Shown here: positions 24,501 through 35,918 of the stretch, in pieces
Position numbering within the stretch: the stretch's first letter is position 1
Layout of the letters: each line of letters opens with the position of its first letter
Origin: Eledone cirrhosa
Taxonomy: Eukaryota
Direction of reading: 5' to 3'
NCBI GenBank assembly: GCA_964016885.1
Contig: OZ024746.1
Location: 34,534,001-34,598,000 of the forward strand
DNA: 64,000 nucleotides
The notes under the pieces: generated by a model
Seen by the model: only the letters and a program-made list of their open reading frames with translations
Told to the model about the DNA's origin: nothing
Databases searched by the model: none
Position numbers and translations under genes: made by a program

Positions 24501-26127
24501 CCCTTCCGTTTGTATTGTGGGGTCTTTTCGGACAGTTTCCACCAGTTCTTTGTTTCTTGTTTTTATGTATGTGTAGTGTGATTTGTTTTTGATGTGTACT
24601 GTTTCTCTTTGTAGTTTTCTTTTTGTGGTTGGTGTTTGTTTTGTTGGTGGTGTGGGTGTTTGTTTTGTTGGTGAAGTGTTTGGTTGTGTTGGTGGTGATT
24701 GTGTTGTTGGTGTATTTGTCGTTTGTGGCGGTGTGTTTATGGTGGGGTTAGTGTGTGCGTGTTTTCTGTAGAAGTTTTTATCTTTTTTGTGTCTTTTTTG
24801 TTTTTTGGATTTTTGGGGTTCCTCTTCATTCTCACTTGGAGATGTAGAGGTTCACGTATTTGAGACTTCTGAATCAGAGGTAGATGGGAGGGTTATGTTG
24901 TGTGGTGGAGTTGTTTGTGCAGGTGTTTGTGGAAGTATTTGACAGGGGGGAGTGGGGCAATCGAGGGTTTTTCAGTGGGATTTTGTGTGTGTGGTTGTCT
25001 CTGGTCTGTGAAGGTGTCGGAGTGGATGTTGCAGTTGTTTGTGTTGTGTTTGGTTTGGAGTGTTGATGTTGGGGTTTTGGTGTTGGTAATAACACCTTCT
25101 TTGTACTCGGCTTGTTTAAGAAAGGGCTAAAGGCCTTTAAGTGTGTGGTTTTCCCACACTTATGGCACTGAGGTCTTTTCCCCTCCACTAACATGTAGAT
25201 GACATATTCCTAAAGGACGATCCTGTCCGGTATTTTTTCAACTCTCTCTGGCCTCATTTGTACCAGAACCTCTATGCAGGTTCCAAACCAGTTATGCCGG
25301 TATGTCCTGTCTACAGATAGGAAGGTGTCCTCATCTTTCTTCAGGATGAAGCGTAGGATCCACCATATGTTGACCTCTGCTGGGATCCTGGTTATTTTTA
25401 TTTTGTAGGATCTTCTTCCCATGTATGTGGGGAAGAAAATGTGTTGATCCGTTTTTATTGGGTGAACCGAGTGTTTATGTGCCAGAGTTTCGCTCTTAAA
25501 GAGCACTGACACACTTCCATACTGTTTAGCCCTTTGGAGGTATGCCACGTCTGGCTTGATGTCTTTTAGTGCAGCTTCGATATTGCTTGTTGGGAGCGTT
25601 ATGGGTTTTTGGTAGTGATGTCAACTGTTCTATAAATTAGCTTTTTTTTGTCTGTCATTTCTCTTACTTTTGGGGGTAGGTGTATGTGTGGGTGTCTCCC
25701 TCAAACGTCACATAGTTGGAAGCTTCTTCCAAATATTGGGACTTTTGGGAAATGTCCATGGAGTAGTATTTAAAATCCTATTGCTTAGCAACTGTTGCTG
25801 CAAATGAAATGTTGTCATTGTTGTTGTTGGTGGTGATGATGGTCTCATTCGTTGTGTTGCTGATTTCTTTTGTTGTGTTGTTGTTGTTGATTGTGTTGGT
25901 GTTAGTGTTTGCTACACATACTTCCTTCTGTGTGTGGGTAGACGTGACGTTTGTGACGTCAGGCGTCTTCAGTCTCTTACACGCAGCTGAAGCTTATTCA
26001 TCTTCTAAATGTTGAGGCGATAATGTGGCATTCCTTTGTCCATGTCTGCTACTACCTGCTGGGCAAATAGGCATGGCTTCCCATCTTCTTGTTTTGATAA
26101 AGAAGTAGATGCCTTTGCTTCAGCCAT
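21514..26127 (-). pseudogene. Decayed L1/Tx1-like LINE (ORF1 with CCHC knuckle, APE endonuclease, RT); many frameshifts, 3'-truncated
   Basis: Fragments NVRGL, YSDHK, YWKLN, RPITLLN, IRQGCPLS, AYADD, CHKCGKTTHL, collinear with 27059-32360. Confidence 0.92.
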
Positions 26128-26427
26128 TTAAAAAAAAATTGAAGTGTTTTGCAAACATTTTTTTTAAATATTTAGGATTTTTTTGCCCTGAAGGGCACGA
26201 TATTTTGGGTGACTGACCAGATCAAAATTTGACCTGTCAGTCACTCTACAAATTGGTATAAAAATAAAAGTTCACAATGACGAATTTCTAAAGAAATTTA
26301 AACAAAACTTACCGAGCAAGTTTAATACATGTGTCCATCCCAGAAGGAAAGATAGATAGATTGATAGATAGATAAATAGATAGATAGGTACATATAGTTA
26401 TCGATGGATACATGTGCATATATATAC

Positions 26428-26509
<82 letters not shown>

Positions 26510-26989
26510 TAAAACATGTCAATAGAATCACAAGATAAAATATATTCTATTTCCTCTCCCAAATAGCATAATTAACTATAAAAAATCGAATAGACCAGGC
26601 TATACGAATGAGGCTTCTATGAAGGAATCTCCGACAAATAACCAAATCTAGCGCTTCGCGTCCGCCGTAGCGGAATATATATATATCCCATTACTTTGTA
26701 CTTAATACAAATAGCCGCCTGCACTCGTTATCCCAGAGCAAAATTTACATTTATAAATGCCACGCAATCTATAAAGTTATAAGTCATCAATAAACCACAA
26801 TATAGTATAAAAGTAAAACAATTCAGACAGATCCTCGTCTCTCACACACTTCAAATGGTTAAAAGCCAATATGACACTCGTGCAAATAAAAAGAAAATCA
26901 TACACAAGCATATAGGCATAAACGCAGATAGATAGACACATACATATTTAGATTTACTTGTCCACACGCATCCATCCCTCTATATATCC

Positions 26990-27041
<52 letters not shown>

Positions 27042-27058
27042 CTCTCTCTCTCCATATA

Positions 27059-28634
27059 CACCAATAACAATAACAATAACAACAACAACAAGACCAATAA
27101 CGGTGACAACAACAACAATGATAACAACAACACCACCAACGACAACAACAACACAAACAAACAAAATTTCTCCTTCGCCGAGACGACAAGGAAAACCCTC
27201 GACTATCTGCCAGTAGATATAACAAAAGCGAAGGAGCTACTGGCGGATGCGAAAAAATATATAGTGTACGGGGAAAATGGTTCATTCACAATCCATTCCC
27301 CCCCGGAACTAAAAAGCCAGAGACTCCTAAACACGGTCATGTTTAGGACAATCTCGAACATAAGTAAAAAACCAGCTCAACCATCACAGAGCGAGATAGA
27401 GCTGGTTTTAAAAGACGTCATGAAGGACATCACCTTCATTCAGAAGGATAGACTCTACGGGAGTCTATCCATTCTCATGAAGGACAGGGACACAGCAGTG
27501 AAACTGTCCATCAAACCAATCACATCCACCGCATACACCTTCTACCCTACGTACATGGGTAGAAGAACACAAAAAATAAAAATCCACACCATCCTGCCGA
27601 TTATGGACATATGGTGGGTTTTGACAGGTTTTCTGGACCTGGAGGATGACATGCTGGTGTCCATGGGAAAGGCATCGGGTGACGCGTTCAGTGGAACGAG
27701 CCTCGAACTTGTAGTTCAAATGAGGCCCGAAAGGATCGCCCAGATCCCTGAACGCGTCATACTGGATGATCTAACCTTCATCAACATTACCGTTGAGGGT
27801 AGACGGCCCTCGTGTTACCTCTGCGGAACCAGAGGTCACCTGAGGGCTGTCTGTCCCCAACTTAATAAGAAAACCCCAATCCTGCCTACACCACCAACAA
27901 CTGCACAACCAACACAATCACCACAACTACCACTACAAAAACAACCACCACAGCTCAAACCAAAACAAAACAATGTCCAACCCATCCCCTCCACTCAAAA
28001 AACAAAAACAATTTCCAAAACACCCGTACCGCAAACACAACCCGAAAATATACCCCTCCCCTCCAACGCGGAAGATGACCCTAGTTCGTCGTCAGACGAG
28101 GAGGAGCACTTCCACACAATCAAAAGAAAAAAAAGAAAACACACCTCAGACACACAAATGAAAAAAAACCCTCCCCAAAACATAACACGGACACCAACAC
28201 AAAAGAGCTCACAACAACAACAAACAAAAAACACCACACAAAAACAAAAACATGCATACACATACATAAATACAAGAAACAAAAAACTGTTAAACATTGT
28301 GTACAACAACAATCTAATAAAAACACAAGGGCCTAACTTCACCCAGGCAGGGGATTTCCCCCACCTCAAAATGATTAAGGCCCCACAGGACACCTATAAA
28401 ACTTTAAAAAACAATTTTAAAGAGGACGTGGGTCCCCCCTGCGTCGGGCCCATTAACCGCGTCCTCCTAAAAAACTATCCCACCCCCTCCCCAAACACCC
28501 ACACAACTCCAAGCTCCCCAACCACACATCACACTGATGCCCCCACACTTCCACAAACCACCACCCCACCCAACAACCCATCCCCCACCCTAATGGAAAT
28601 TGTGCAGCCCGATACCCGGGACGCAGAGAGGTAA
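27059..28634 (+). CDS. LINE ORF1: gag-like zinc-knuckle protein with P/Q/T-rich linker; native start codon lost
   Basis: CYLCGTRGHLRAVC (CX2CX4HX4C); homologous to ORF1 remnants of the other two LINEs. The track's N-terminus is microsatellite read-through. Confidence 0.85.
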
Positions 28635-28658
28635 GTGCCTTTTCTCTTCACCACCAAC

Positions 28659-31600
28659 ATGGCTATGCTAAGAGTAGGCTATTTAAATGCGCGTGGCCTG
28701 GGCTCAACTTGGAAGCAAGCAATGCTTCTAAATGACCTCAGGTCACAACGTATAGATGTGATGGTTATTTGCGAGGCCCGGATCAGCAACGTGCGACAGC
28801 TGGCCCCCACCTTTGATGACTTTGAGATGCACGCATCTCTCTGTCAGCCCGGAGGCGGGGGTGGAGTTGTCGTTCTGCTGCAAAAACATCTGGGTCTCGC
28901 AACACAGATGGTACATTTGGACCCGGAGGGTCGACTAGTGGTTCTGGACCTTGGCAGTGGTAAAGGCGGAGCGTTTAGGTTGGTAGCCGCCTACGGCCCT
29001 TTCGGGTCAATGCGGCCGGACTTCTTCCATCGTCTGGAGACTTTTCTAGGGACGTCCCGCTCCTTGCTATTAGTGGGGGACTGGAATGGTATCCTAGATG
29101 CACGCTGGGACTACGTAGGGGCCTGCCCCGATAGAGAGGGGTGTAATAGCCTCAAAGGGTTAATCGGTCGATTTGACCTGGCCGATAGATATCGACTAGA
29201 TTTTCCGACTGCGCCAACCTGGACTTGGGCAAATCGTAGCGGATCATCTAGGTCGTACCTAGATAGGTTCTTAGTTAGAATTAAGGATAAGGACTTTTTA
29301 AGTTGTCCAAAAATGCGCATGGTTGGCTATTCAGACCACAAATTAGTGACCTGCATGGTCAACCTTGACAGAACTCATAGACAGGGCCCCGGTTACTGGA
29401 AGCTCAACTTGTCCTTGCCGGCAAGTAGAGCCTACAGGAATCGGATTAGTACGTTAGTTAAGGAACGGTTGACTGGAGCGATCGTCAACAGCAGGTGGTG
29501 GGTATCTCTAAAGAGAGAGATTAGAGTAGTCTCGATAGAATTTAGTAAGGTTCTAGCTGCGGATAGGAATAGGAAGGAAAGGGAGCTAATAGATAGAGTA
29601 GAAGAGGCAATTAGAAGCGGCGACGTGGCCAGAGTGCTAGCGTCGAGAACGGCTTTGAGCCAGTTTTTCGACGCGAAGCACGAAGGCTGCGTTGTCCGAA
29701 GTAAAATACGTGCTCTAGGGAACGAGGGGACCAAAGCTGTTAGCTGGGCCCGCGTGACAGAGGCCAACAGTGGAACTAAATCCACCATCCGGTCTTTGCG
29801 AGACCTGGATGGACGAGCGATTCTTGAGCCTAAGCAGATGTGTGAGGCCTTTCAAAGGCACTTTGCCCGACTGTTCGGGAGGGGCGGGGAGCCGGTTGGG
29901 AACGTGGACTTCGGTCCATACCTCGACGGCCTGCCGCGCCTCTCGGACAGGGAGGCGAAGTCCTGCGAGGAGCCGATTTCGGCCGCTGAGATAGAGGACG
30001 TGCTGAGCCAATGCGGCAAACGCAAATCCCCGGGTCTCGATGGTCTTCCTTACGAATTATATCTAGCTATGCCGGACTTGTTCCCCGATCTCCTCGAGGT
30101 GGTCTACTGCAACTGGCAACAGAACGGGAGAATTCCCTGTACTGTGACCAAGGGCGTAGTCACGCTAGTGAGGAAGGACGAGAACAAGGGGGACGAAATA
30201 AGTAACTTCAGGCCCATAACACTGCTAAATACAGAGTTACAGATTTTGGCCAAGGTGCTAGCAAAGAGGTTGGCGCTTGTCGTGGGCAACCTGGTGGGAG
30301 ATGCGCAGACATGCGCTATCCCGTCCAGGTCCATCCATGACAACCTCCACCTCATGCGATACATCATAGAGAGGGTTGGGAACGAACCCGGCTTTGGTGG
30401 GGCTCTGATCAACTTGGATCAATCTAAGGCGTTCGATAGGGTCGACCATGGTTACCTGGATGCGGTGCTAGCGGCGGCAGGCTTCGGACCCGTTTTCAGG
30501 GGCTGGATCACTGCTATGCACAGCAGCCGCATCTGCTCTAGGGTCAAGGTGAACGGCTACCTCTCGGAGCCGTTCAAAATCGCGCGGTCCATCCGACAAG
30601 GGTGCCCTCTCTCCTCCCTTCTGTATGTGTTGACTCTCGAGCCACTACTGCGGAAGTTGGAGTTGTTGCAGGGCATCCCTTTGGAACCGGGATTGCGGAA
30701 AGCGGTGTCGGCCTACGCCGATGACGTGACAGTAATAGTGTCGACGGCCTCCGAAATCGAGGCGGTCGGCACCTTACTGGAGGAGTACGAAAAGTTCACA
30801 GGGGCTAAGCTGAACCGGGAAAAGTCGATCGGTTTGCAACTCGGCACGTGGAGGGGCAGACCGATGCCCTCCGATGGCGTCGTCGGACGCTGGACGGAGG
30901 GCCCGGTGAAGTTGCTCGGGGTCTGGTTCGGACCGGACCTCCAGGTGGAGAAAAACTGGGCGGAGGTTACGAACAGGGTGTTTGCACTGACCCAGAAGTG
31001 GGCCAGTTGCAAACTATCCCTGAAAGGTCGGGCGGAGGTGGCGAACACCTACATAGCGTCCGTCATCTACTACCGCCTGACCGTAGTGCCCTGCCCAAGG
31101 GAAACCCTCACCAAGATGGAGCGCGCGCTCTTCCAATTCCTTTGGAAGAGGCGGGCTCCTATGGTGAGGAGATCCATCTGCTGTCAACACCCTTCGAAAG
31201 GAGGGCTGGGGATGACGTGGCTAATGATGCGTAAACACGCATTAAGGCTACGGCACCTCTACGTATTCCTCACCGGACAACCGGCGTGGGCCTCGTTTGT
31301 GAGACGAACCTTTCCCAGACTCGTCTCACTCACCGAGCTGCAATCCTGGGTCAAGCAAAGACCGAGAAAACTGGGCGCCTGGCACACTGAGTGTGCCCAG
31401 GCGCTCACCGCCCTCTGGCAGGCGGATCCGGTTATCAGTGGAGACTCCACCGCAACATTCTATAGAGGGCTGGTGCGCAGCAAGTGCGACGACGCCCTCG
31501 GAGAAGCCCTAGACATGGAGGAGGACGAACTGGCCAGCCTGTTCGGTAGGACATTCAGCCCGGGACCTATGGACAACTTCCAGAAGTCCCTGGCCTGGCA

Positions 31601-32096
31601 GTGCTACCGAGGGGCTTTACCCGTTCGAGAAAGGCTCTACAGACACGGGCGCCCGGGTAGGGACCCCGCCAAAAAGATCTGTCCCAGATGCGTGTGCGAC
31701 GAGGAAACCGTTGCACACGCATTAGTACACTGCTCGGGCGTAGCCGATGTGTGGGGCTATGTCGAACAACTGCTGTCAAGGGTGGGACCGATCCGGTTGA
31801 CCACCGAGTCTATTGTAATGATCAAGCCGCCTCCCCCCTTCAAAGATGAAGCAGAGGCGGTGTTTCTGTACGTAATAGCCATGGCGAAAGAGGTTGTATG
31901 GTGGACGCGTCTGAAAGGACTGAGGTCGGGCACCTTTCTCTCTGGCCAACAACTGGTCCGTTTCTTCCGATATCATTTCGGAAGAAGGATCAGGATGGAG
32001 AGAGAGGTGCTGCACCCCAGCCGTTTCTATGAAAGATGGGTGAAAGTGGCGAGAATGGCCCGTGTGAATGGGCCTTCACTCTACATCAGACTATAG
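28659..32096 (+). CDS. LINE ORF2: APE endonuclease, RT, C-terminal zinc-finger region
   Basis: NARGL, GDWN, YLDR, SDH, KSPGLDG, DQSKAFD, QGCPLS, YADD, CPRC...ETVAHALVHC. The ATG at 28659 is in a CAACATGG context. Confidence 0.96.
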   Translation: MAMLRVGYLNARGLGSTWKQAMLLNDLRSQRIDVMVICEARISNVRQLAPTFDDFEMHASLCQPGGGGGVVVLLQKHLGLATQMVHLDPEGRLVVLDLGSGKGGAFRLVAAYGPFGSMRPDFFHRLETFLGTSRSLLLVGDWNGILDARWDYVGACPDREGCNSLKGLIGRFDLADRYRLDFPTAPTWTWANRSGSSRSYLDRFLVRIKDKDFLSCPKMRMVGYSDHKLVTCMVNLDRTHRQGPGYWKLNLSLPASRAYRNRISTLVKERLTGAIVNSRWWVSLKREIRVVSIEFSKVLAADRNRKERELIDRVEEAIRSGDVARVLASRTALSQFFDAKHEGCVVRSKIRALGNEGTKAVSWARVTEANSGTKSTIRSLRDLDGRAILEPKQMCEAFQRHFARLFGRGGEPVGNVDFGPYLDGLPRLSDREAKSCEEPISAAEIEDVLSQCGKRKSPGLDGLPYELYLAMPDLFPDLLEVVYCNWQQNGRIPCTVTKGVVTLVRKDENKGDEISNFRPITLLNTELQILAKVLAKRLALVVGNLVGDAQTCAIPSRSIHDNLHLMRYIIERVGNEPGFGGALINLDQSKAFDRVDHGYLDAVLAAAGFGPVFRGWITAMHSSRICSRVKVNGYLSEPFKIARSIRQGCPLSSLLYVLTLEPLLRKLELLQGIPLEPGLRKAVSAYADDVTVIVSTASEIEAVGTLLEEYEKFTGAKLNREKSIGLQLGTWRGRPMPSDGVVGRWTEGPVKLLGVWFGPDLQVEKNWAEVTNRVFALTQKWASCKLSLKGRAEVANTYIASVIYYRLTVVPCPRETLTKMERALFQFLWKRRAPMVRRSICCQHPSKGGLGMTWLMMRKHALRLRHLYVFLTGQPAWASFVRRTFPRLVSLTELQSWVKQRPRKLGAWHTECAQALTALWQADPVISGDSTATFYRGLVRSKCDDALGEALDMEEDELASLFGRTFSPGPMDNFQKSLAWQCYRGALPVRERLYRHGRPGRDPAKKICPRCVCDEETVAHALVHCSGVADVWGYVEQLLSRVGPIRLTTESIVMIKPPPPFKDEAEAVFLYVIAMAKEVVWWTRLKGLRSGTFLSGQQLVRFFRYHFGRRIRMEREVLHPSRFYERWVKVARMARVNGPSLYIRL

Positions 32097-32399
32097 GTGA
32101 GGAAGATGAAAGACCAAGGGAGCACCTCTTCTCTGTGCTCCTGAGGAGAAGGGTTGCACACCTTTTTCGGGGGTGTGTGCGACCCCCCAAGGCGCCTCCT
32201 CTCTATTGAGGATTTTGTTAAAAATTTATTTTTTGTTATATCTTATTTTATTTTTATATTTTGTTATTGCCTCCTCCTTATTGAGGACGCCTTTTTGTGT
32301 AAACTCCCCCCTTTGTACTTGTCCCACTTTTGATGCCCTAGTGGCAAATAAAAGAAATATATCTATCTATCTCTCTCTCTCTCTATATATATATATATT

Positions 32400-32440
<41 letters not shown>

Positions 32441-32747
32441 TCATATACAGAGCTGGAAATTCATCACTATAGTATACATCTGCATGTATACATACACACA
32501 CACATATATATATATCGTTATATCCCGTTGTCAAGAAGACTGAATCTATGCAATAGCTGAATATATACACCTGATTACATAAATGTATAGCCTTGTTCAT
32601 ATAGTTATACATACATGATCGTATACCTAAATATACTTAGATTGAACCACACGTACGGAAAAATCCATACACAAACATGTATGCAAATATATATACGTCA
32701 ATATATATATTCTGTTACTTCCTTACATTCTCTCTTCTCCATGACAG

Positions 32748-32803
32748 GTTCAATTGATGACAGCCTGGTTTTACAGATCCAGTGTTTGATCAGCAAGATG
32801 GAG
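32748..32803 (+). CDS. Possible small host-gene exon (SIDDSLVLQIQCLISKME)
   Basis: Long pyrimidine tract + CAG acceptor, GAG|GTTAGG donor, open frame. No homology recognised. Confidence 0.25.
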
Positions 32804-33036
32804 GTTAGGCAAAATTGGAGTTGAGTAAACAATATCGTTTAACATACATGGCATTGAATGATTTGTACAGTTGTTCATATACCTGCAGAATAAACAGAAA
32901 TCACAATACGTTTTTCGTCCTTAATTAAACACACATATACACATACTTACACACAGATACTCACAAACATATTTACACACACACACATACACACACACAT
33001 GCACACACACACACACGCACACACACACGCGAACAC

Positions 33037-33170
<134 letters not shown>

Positions 33171-33854
33171 CGAAGCGACATTGAATCTAATAAACAAATA
33201 AAAAGACATATATATCCACCATAGACTGACATCAAGAAACTGATCAAAGCGCCCTTGAATATTGATAAATTATATCTCAACTCACTCAGTTTATTCAGCT
33301 ATTAGGAAATGAATAGAGGATGTGTTTGACTGAGCGACCGACTAGCAATATAATTGCGTTGTTCACCATATTGCTTCCGGTAGTTCGATGCATTAGCTGC
33401 TAGCCGTCTAATATCGTTCGACTCAGTAAATATTACATGTATATTGTGTGGGACACTCTATCATCCTCTCACAATATCTCATCCACCTCATCCTCTCTAT
33501 CTCTATATTTCTTTCTCTCTATCTCCTCCCCTCTGTGAATCACTGCTGTGCGTATTAATTCTCTTTGTTTTTCCGTTTCTCATATTTTATTTTACTCATG
33601 ATACATACGGCTAATGTCCACCAGCTGCGTTAGAACACATTCTGTAGAAAATATTATGGATTAATAGACATACAGGTGCATGTGAATACACACACGCACG
33701 TATATTTATATATGTGTGTGGGGGGGGGGGGGGTTGTCTAATAGGTATGTTTATATATGTATATATAACAAATAGGCTGTTTCACTTAACACACCGATCT
33801 TTTCCTTTTTCTTCCCTTGCATATTTTAGGCGCCTAATGACACACACACACACT

Positions 33855-33994
<140 letters not shown>

Positions 33995-34457
33995 TATAAA
34001 ATAACATGTATACTTAAAACAACATTTTGCTGGTACTTGCTGTTACACATGTTATATTATAGGTATCACTTACTGAAATCTGTGCTCAGATATTGTAGTT
34101 GTCTAGCTGAAATCTTGTCGGTTGGATCTGTTTAAATGATATAATTCGTTGCTTTAACGTCTGAAAACTTGCTATTCTCCCTTGTTCTGGTTAGGTATTC
34201 ATACCTGGTTATCTTTATTCACCAGATTACATGCGTAAATATATTATACATAGTGTTAGACATATTTGACACGATAGTAACATGGAGCTGCTGAATTTCT
34301 TAAATGTCATAGTTTAGGACAATTACACAAACGAATGTGTTCATATACAGAGTTGGAAATTTATCACTGTCGTATTTATGGTATGATAAGAACAACGTAT
34401 GTTCCCATTTAGGTATACGTTTGCAAAAACATCTCGGCCCTCTCATAATTGTATCTG

Positions 34458-34620
34458 CTTTTAGCACAAGGCTAGAACTTACCCCAGTGCATTACTGGTA
34501 ATTTATTTTATCCATCCCGTAAGCATGAAAGGCCAATCTAACCACTCCAGGATTTGAACTCAGAATGTAAATCGCCATAACTCTATGCTGCAAAGCATGG
34601 TATATGACGCTCTACCGCAT
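34458..34620 (-). mobile_element. tRNA-derived SINE
   Basis: Same family as 42545-42733. Confidence 0.78.
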
Positions 34621-35660
34621 CATAATGTTCAACAAAACTTTGCAAACATGTCCTCTTCATATTTCAGCAGAAATTGAAACATCAGAATAACCCCAAATAA
34701 AAGTTTAATATAAAATAACAAGCTAAAACATAGAAAAGGAAATAAACATATATATGCCATTTTGGATAATGCATCCGGAGAATCGGCAAAGATTCTATTA
34801 AGTAGAACGTCAATATTATTTTATTTTAATCTTTTTTCAAAGTTTTCCGTTGAGCAAAATATTCCACTGCCCTTTTAAATATTCGACCAACTGTTTCACC
34901 ACTAAGAACAAGATTTGAATCTGGCAGTGATATGTAAATTAAAAGCACCATTTTCTAAATACCATCTATGGGGTACACGTCTAATCACACGTACTTTAAG
35001 CACTGGGAGGTATCTAATCGAATTACACCGATTAGATATATATCCGTTTGTTAATGACGGTCTGGATGAAAACATCTGCAGGCAGATGTTTTCATCCAGA
35101 CAATATAACAATACTTTTGATTTGACAGCTATTTACTGATATGTTAGGAGGAACGGAATTGTATCCGCATGATGTATGACAGGAAAGGCAACCCTGCATT
35201 GATTCGCAAATTGATACAAACCTATTTTTTTCTGTTACGACAAACATAAACAAAAAATCTACATATATATATGACGTCCTTTCTTTCATTCAATGTTTGT
35301 AAAGTGGATATTCATTTTTTCTGATAAATACAATTTACATCTATTACAAACGGTGCACGTTAAATGTTTTCCCATGATATTCCAGACACAATATACAATA
35401 TGTCTATATAAATTACACATATTTATTCTTGCTGTGAAATCTTTAAACTGTGATAATATCACATCACTCTTAATATTGCTGTAAGAACCGTGAATGTATG
35501 TATCTAAGAGAGACATCGAGTTATGAGAGATATTAAAGTATGATATATTTTGTAAAGCTTCTTTCCTTGTAAAGGTAATTATATATAGTCCAAGTTTGAA
35601 TTGTTTGTGTTAATTAACAATAGTTAGAATATATATATATTTAAATATATATATATAACA

Positions 35661-35700
35661 GCACTGATGAAGAGTAATAACCAGATACATTACTGTCTGC
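35661..35700 (+). ncRNA. Degenerate HHR relic
   Basis: GCA / CTGATGA / eroded stem II / GATA in place of GAAA / ACA-ttac-TGT-C / TGC. Confidence 0.4.
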
Positions 35701-35918
35701 AGTTTTGTTTACATGCCAACACAAGAGCAAAAATGAGGAGCTCATTCTTCTGACATGGCTTTAAAAATGTGGCTTGTTTTCATAATTGCAAACGAATCAA
35801 ATATTATTATTAATATTCGAAAAACTCAGATTACATTTATTAGAGCGAAACATTTTTTTCAGTTACTATATATATATATATATATAAATGAAATCATTAT
35901 TATTATTATTATTATTAT

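Larger units (their letters stand above)
27059..32360 (+). mobile_element. L1/Tx1-like LINE with slightly truncated 5' end and intact ORF2, inserted in a (CTAT)n/(CT)n microsatellite
   Basis: ORF1, ORF2 and 3' UTR ending in AATAAAAGAAA. Flanking direct repeat ATCTATCTATC(TC)6[C/T]ATATA at about 27030-27058 and 32361-32389. Confidence 0.95.

Noticed and set aside
26958-27058. N-terminus MSTRIHPSIYPSIYLS... of the 558-aa ORF
   Set aside because: Read-through of the flanking (CTAT)n target site from a non-ATG start, outside the element.
28632-28658. ORF1-ORF2 stop-codon read-through, since they are in frame in LINE 2
   Set aside because: Spacers in the other two LINEs (35 and 40 nt) are out of frame, although indels in those decayed copies cannot be excluded.
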